Assembly: GCA_020431745.1 (NCBI GenBank)
Contig: JAGQHR010000001.1
Coordinates: forward strand, 1 to 34,165
Origin: Candidatus Eiseniibacteriota bacterium
Lineage (GTDB): Bacteria > Eisenbacteria > RBG-16-71-46 > CAIMUX01
Reading direction: 5' to 3'
Length of the DNA: 34,165 bases
A model generated the notes under the pieces. That model saw only the letters and a list, made by a program, of their open reading frames with translations, made no database searches and was not told the DNA's origin. A program made the translations under genes and the position numbers. Below are positions 33,325 through 34,165 of the stretch, piece after piece. Every line of letters begins with the position of its first letter. Within the stretch, counting starts at the first letter, position 1.

Positions 33325-33454
33325 GCGTCCAATCTAGCACGGTTGAAGAAAGTTGAGCAACATTGAAGATTTATGTTGAATATCCGGCTCGGCTCCCCGA
33401 TAGTAGTGGATGTCGGCGGCAGTGGAGCCGCCACGAACCCGAGGGGGTGACGAG
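33325..33454. promoter_or_regulatory. divergent early control region with phased TTGAR repeats
   Basis: AT-rich. TTGAAG 33343, TTGAGC 33353, TTGAAG 33363 and TTGAAT 33376 (spacing 10,10,13). Inverted repeat CAACAT-N9-ATGTTG (33358-33378). On the minus strand, TTGCTC-N18-TAGATT ends 6 nt before the HTH ATG. Confidence 0.45.
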
Positions 33455-33694
33455 ATGAGTGAGCACTTTTTTGGGACGCATGACGGCCACCTGACAGCCG
33501 CCGCTAACCGGATCGCCGAGCGCCACGATGCGTGGCACGTCAACTACGTCGAGCCTGGGACGGGCAAGCGTAGGGGTTGGTTCGGCTGCAGGAACCTGGG
33601 ACACCCGTTCGACCGTGCCACGGCCGAAGCTGTCCTGGCTGACATCGATGCGGTCGGTGGTTTCGACGCTCTGCTCCATAAGCGCGATCGCTAA
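33455..33694 (+). CDS. hypothetical protein (79 aa), first rightward gene
   Basis: ATG 33455 after GAGGGGGTGA. Internal start of ORF 33410-33694. Confidence 0.6.
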   Translation: MSEHFFGTHDGHLTAAANRIAERHDAWHVNYVEPGTGKRRGWFGCRNLGHPFDRATAEAVLADIDAVGGFDALLHKRDR

Positions 33695-33777
33695 CACTCT
33701 ACCCCCGGCTCGGTGGGCTGCTCCTCCCTCGGGGCAAGCCTGCCGGGTCGGGGGAGACTTACCCGAGGAGAGGAACC

Positions 33778-34165
33778 ATGTCCAAGATGACCGCGGAAAG
33801 TAAGCTGCTGGTGGAGAGTGGCCGTTGCGTCGCTCTGGAGTTCGCCAGCCCCCGCCATGTAATGGTCACGATGACCGAGACGGGCGTCAACTCTCTTACA
33901 CTGTTCCTGCGCTCGCAGGACGACATCGACACGATTCAGCGCGCACTAGCCACGGCGTCGGTGCAACTGAATCACGCGACCCCGATTCGCGAAGCTGCAC
34001 AGGGGACCGCTGCGGCGAACGTGGTCCCCGCCTCCCCCTCGTCGTCTGGTGCCGAGCCGTCCACGGATGCGACGGTCGGCACCGGCACGGCGGGGGCTCC
34101 GAGATGCAAACACTGCGGCTACCTGGAGGCAAGCCATCCGATGTTCGCGACGTACCAGGATGGCC
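33778..34165 (+). CDS. hypothetical protein, 3' end outside window
   Basis: GAGGAGAGG RBS, ATG 33778. Own translation (MSKMTAESKLLVESGRCVALEF...CKHCGYLEASHP...) is open to the window end. Absent from the ORF track because no stop is reached. Confidence 0.55.
   Translation, partial: MSKMTAESKLLVESGRCVALEFASPRHVMVTMTETGVNSLTLFLRSQDDIDTIQRALATASVQLNHATPIREAAQGTAAANVVPASPSSSGAEPSTDATVGTGTAGAPRCKHCGYLEASHPMFATYQDG

Noticed and set aside
33701-33777. Possible RBS-sequestering hairpin before the gene at 33778 (CCTCGGG 33727-33733 pairing with CCCGAGG 33762-33768)
   Set aside because: There are only 7 contiguous base pairs, with a 28-nt loop, and they overlap the GAGGAGAGG RBS only partly. The neighbouring complementarity is interrupted. 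This is not distinguishable from chance in GC-rich DNA.
1-34165. tRNA, tmRNA or rRNA genes, attachment sites, an integrase, or a reverse transcriptase/DGR
   Set aside because: I saw no cloverleaf-compatible segment with a GTTCGAATC-type T-loop. I saw no integrase or RT motifs in any listed ORF, and no long direct repeats that could be att sites. Lysogeny therefore cannot be asserted from this window.

Overview
GC-rich window (by eye above 60% GC, apart from two short AT-rich islands). It reads as about 34 kb of a tailed-phage or prophage genome with siphovirus-type tail genes and a Mu-like head module.

Layout, left to right:
(1) The end of a rightward early/replication module. It holds the frame-disrupted 3' end of a C5-type DNA methyltransferase and a Cys-rich Zn-ribbon protein. 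Next is an orphan IS110-C-terminal-like HhH protein whose gene starts and ends inside a 36/37-bp periodic repeat array (about 15 copies of a CGAGCCAY core, in an upstream and a downstream block). A near-consensus promoter with a ~270-nt leader carrying long-range complementarity follows, then a Prim-Pol/D5/P4-type primase-helicase.
(2) A 210-bp AT-rich island packed with GGTGACGGAT repeats.
(3) One long plus-strand late operon, 4627-31082. Head genes: small ORFs, small and large terminase, Mu gp29-like portal, Mu F-like protein, protease/scaffold, decoration-like protein, major capsid and connector proteins. Tail genes: tail tube, G/GT chaperone pair with a -1 slippery site, tape measure, distal tail protein, a 1302-aa tail protein and a fibre. 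Then a metallophosphoesterase, a lysis cassette and a secreted CARDB-like protein. Many of these genes are joined by ATGA/GTGA start-stop overlaps.
(4) A leftward operon of eight translationally coupled small ORFs, 31091-33324. It is headed by a 57-aa HTH protein and a truncated SNF2-like helicase fragment, and it starts at an AT-rich divergent control region.
(5) The first genes of the rightward early operon.

No tRNA, rRNA, CRISPR array, cas gene, integrase or reverse transcriptase was recognised.

The most striking unexplained structure is the periodic CGAGCCAY array around the HhH gene. Next is the pair of repeat-rich non-coding regions that bracket the primase-helicase gene.

All functional calls come from motif recognition by eye and gene order. 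No database search was run.
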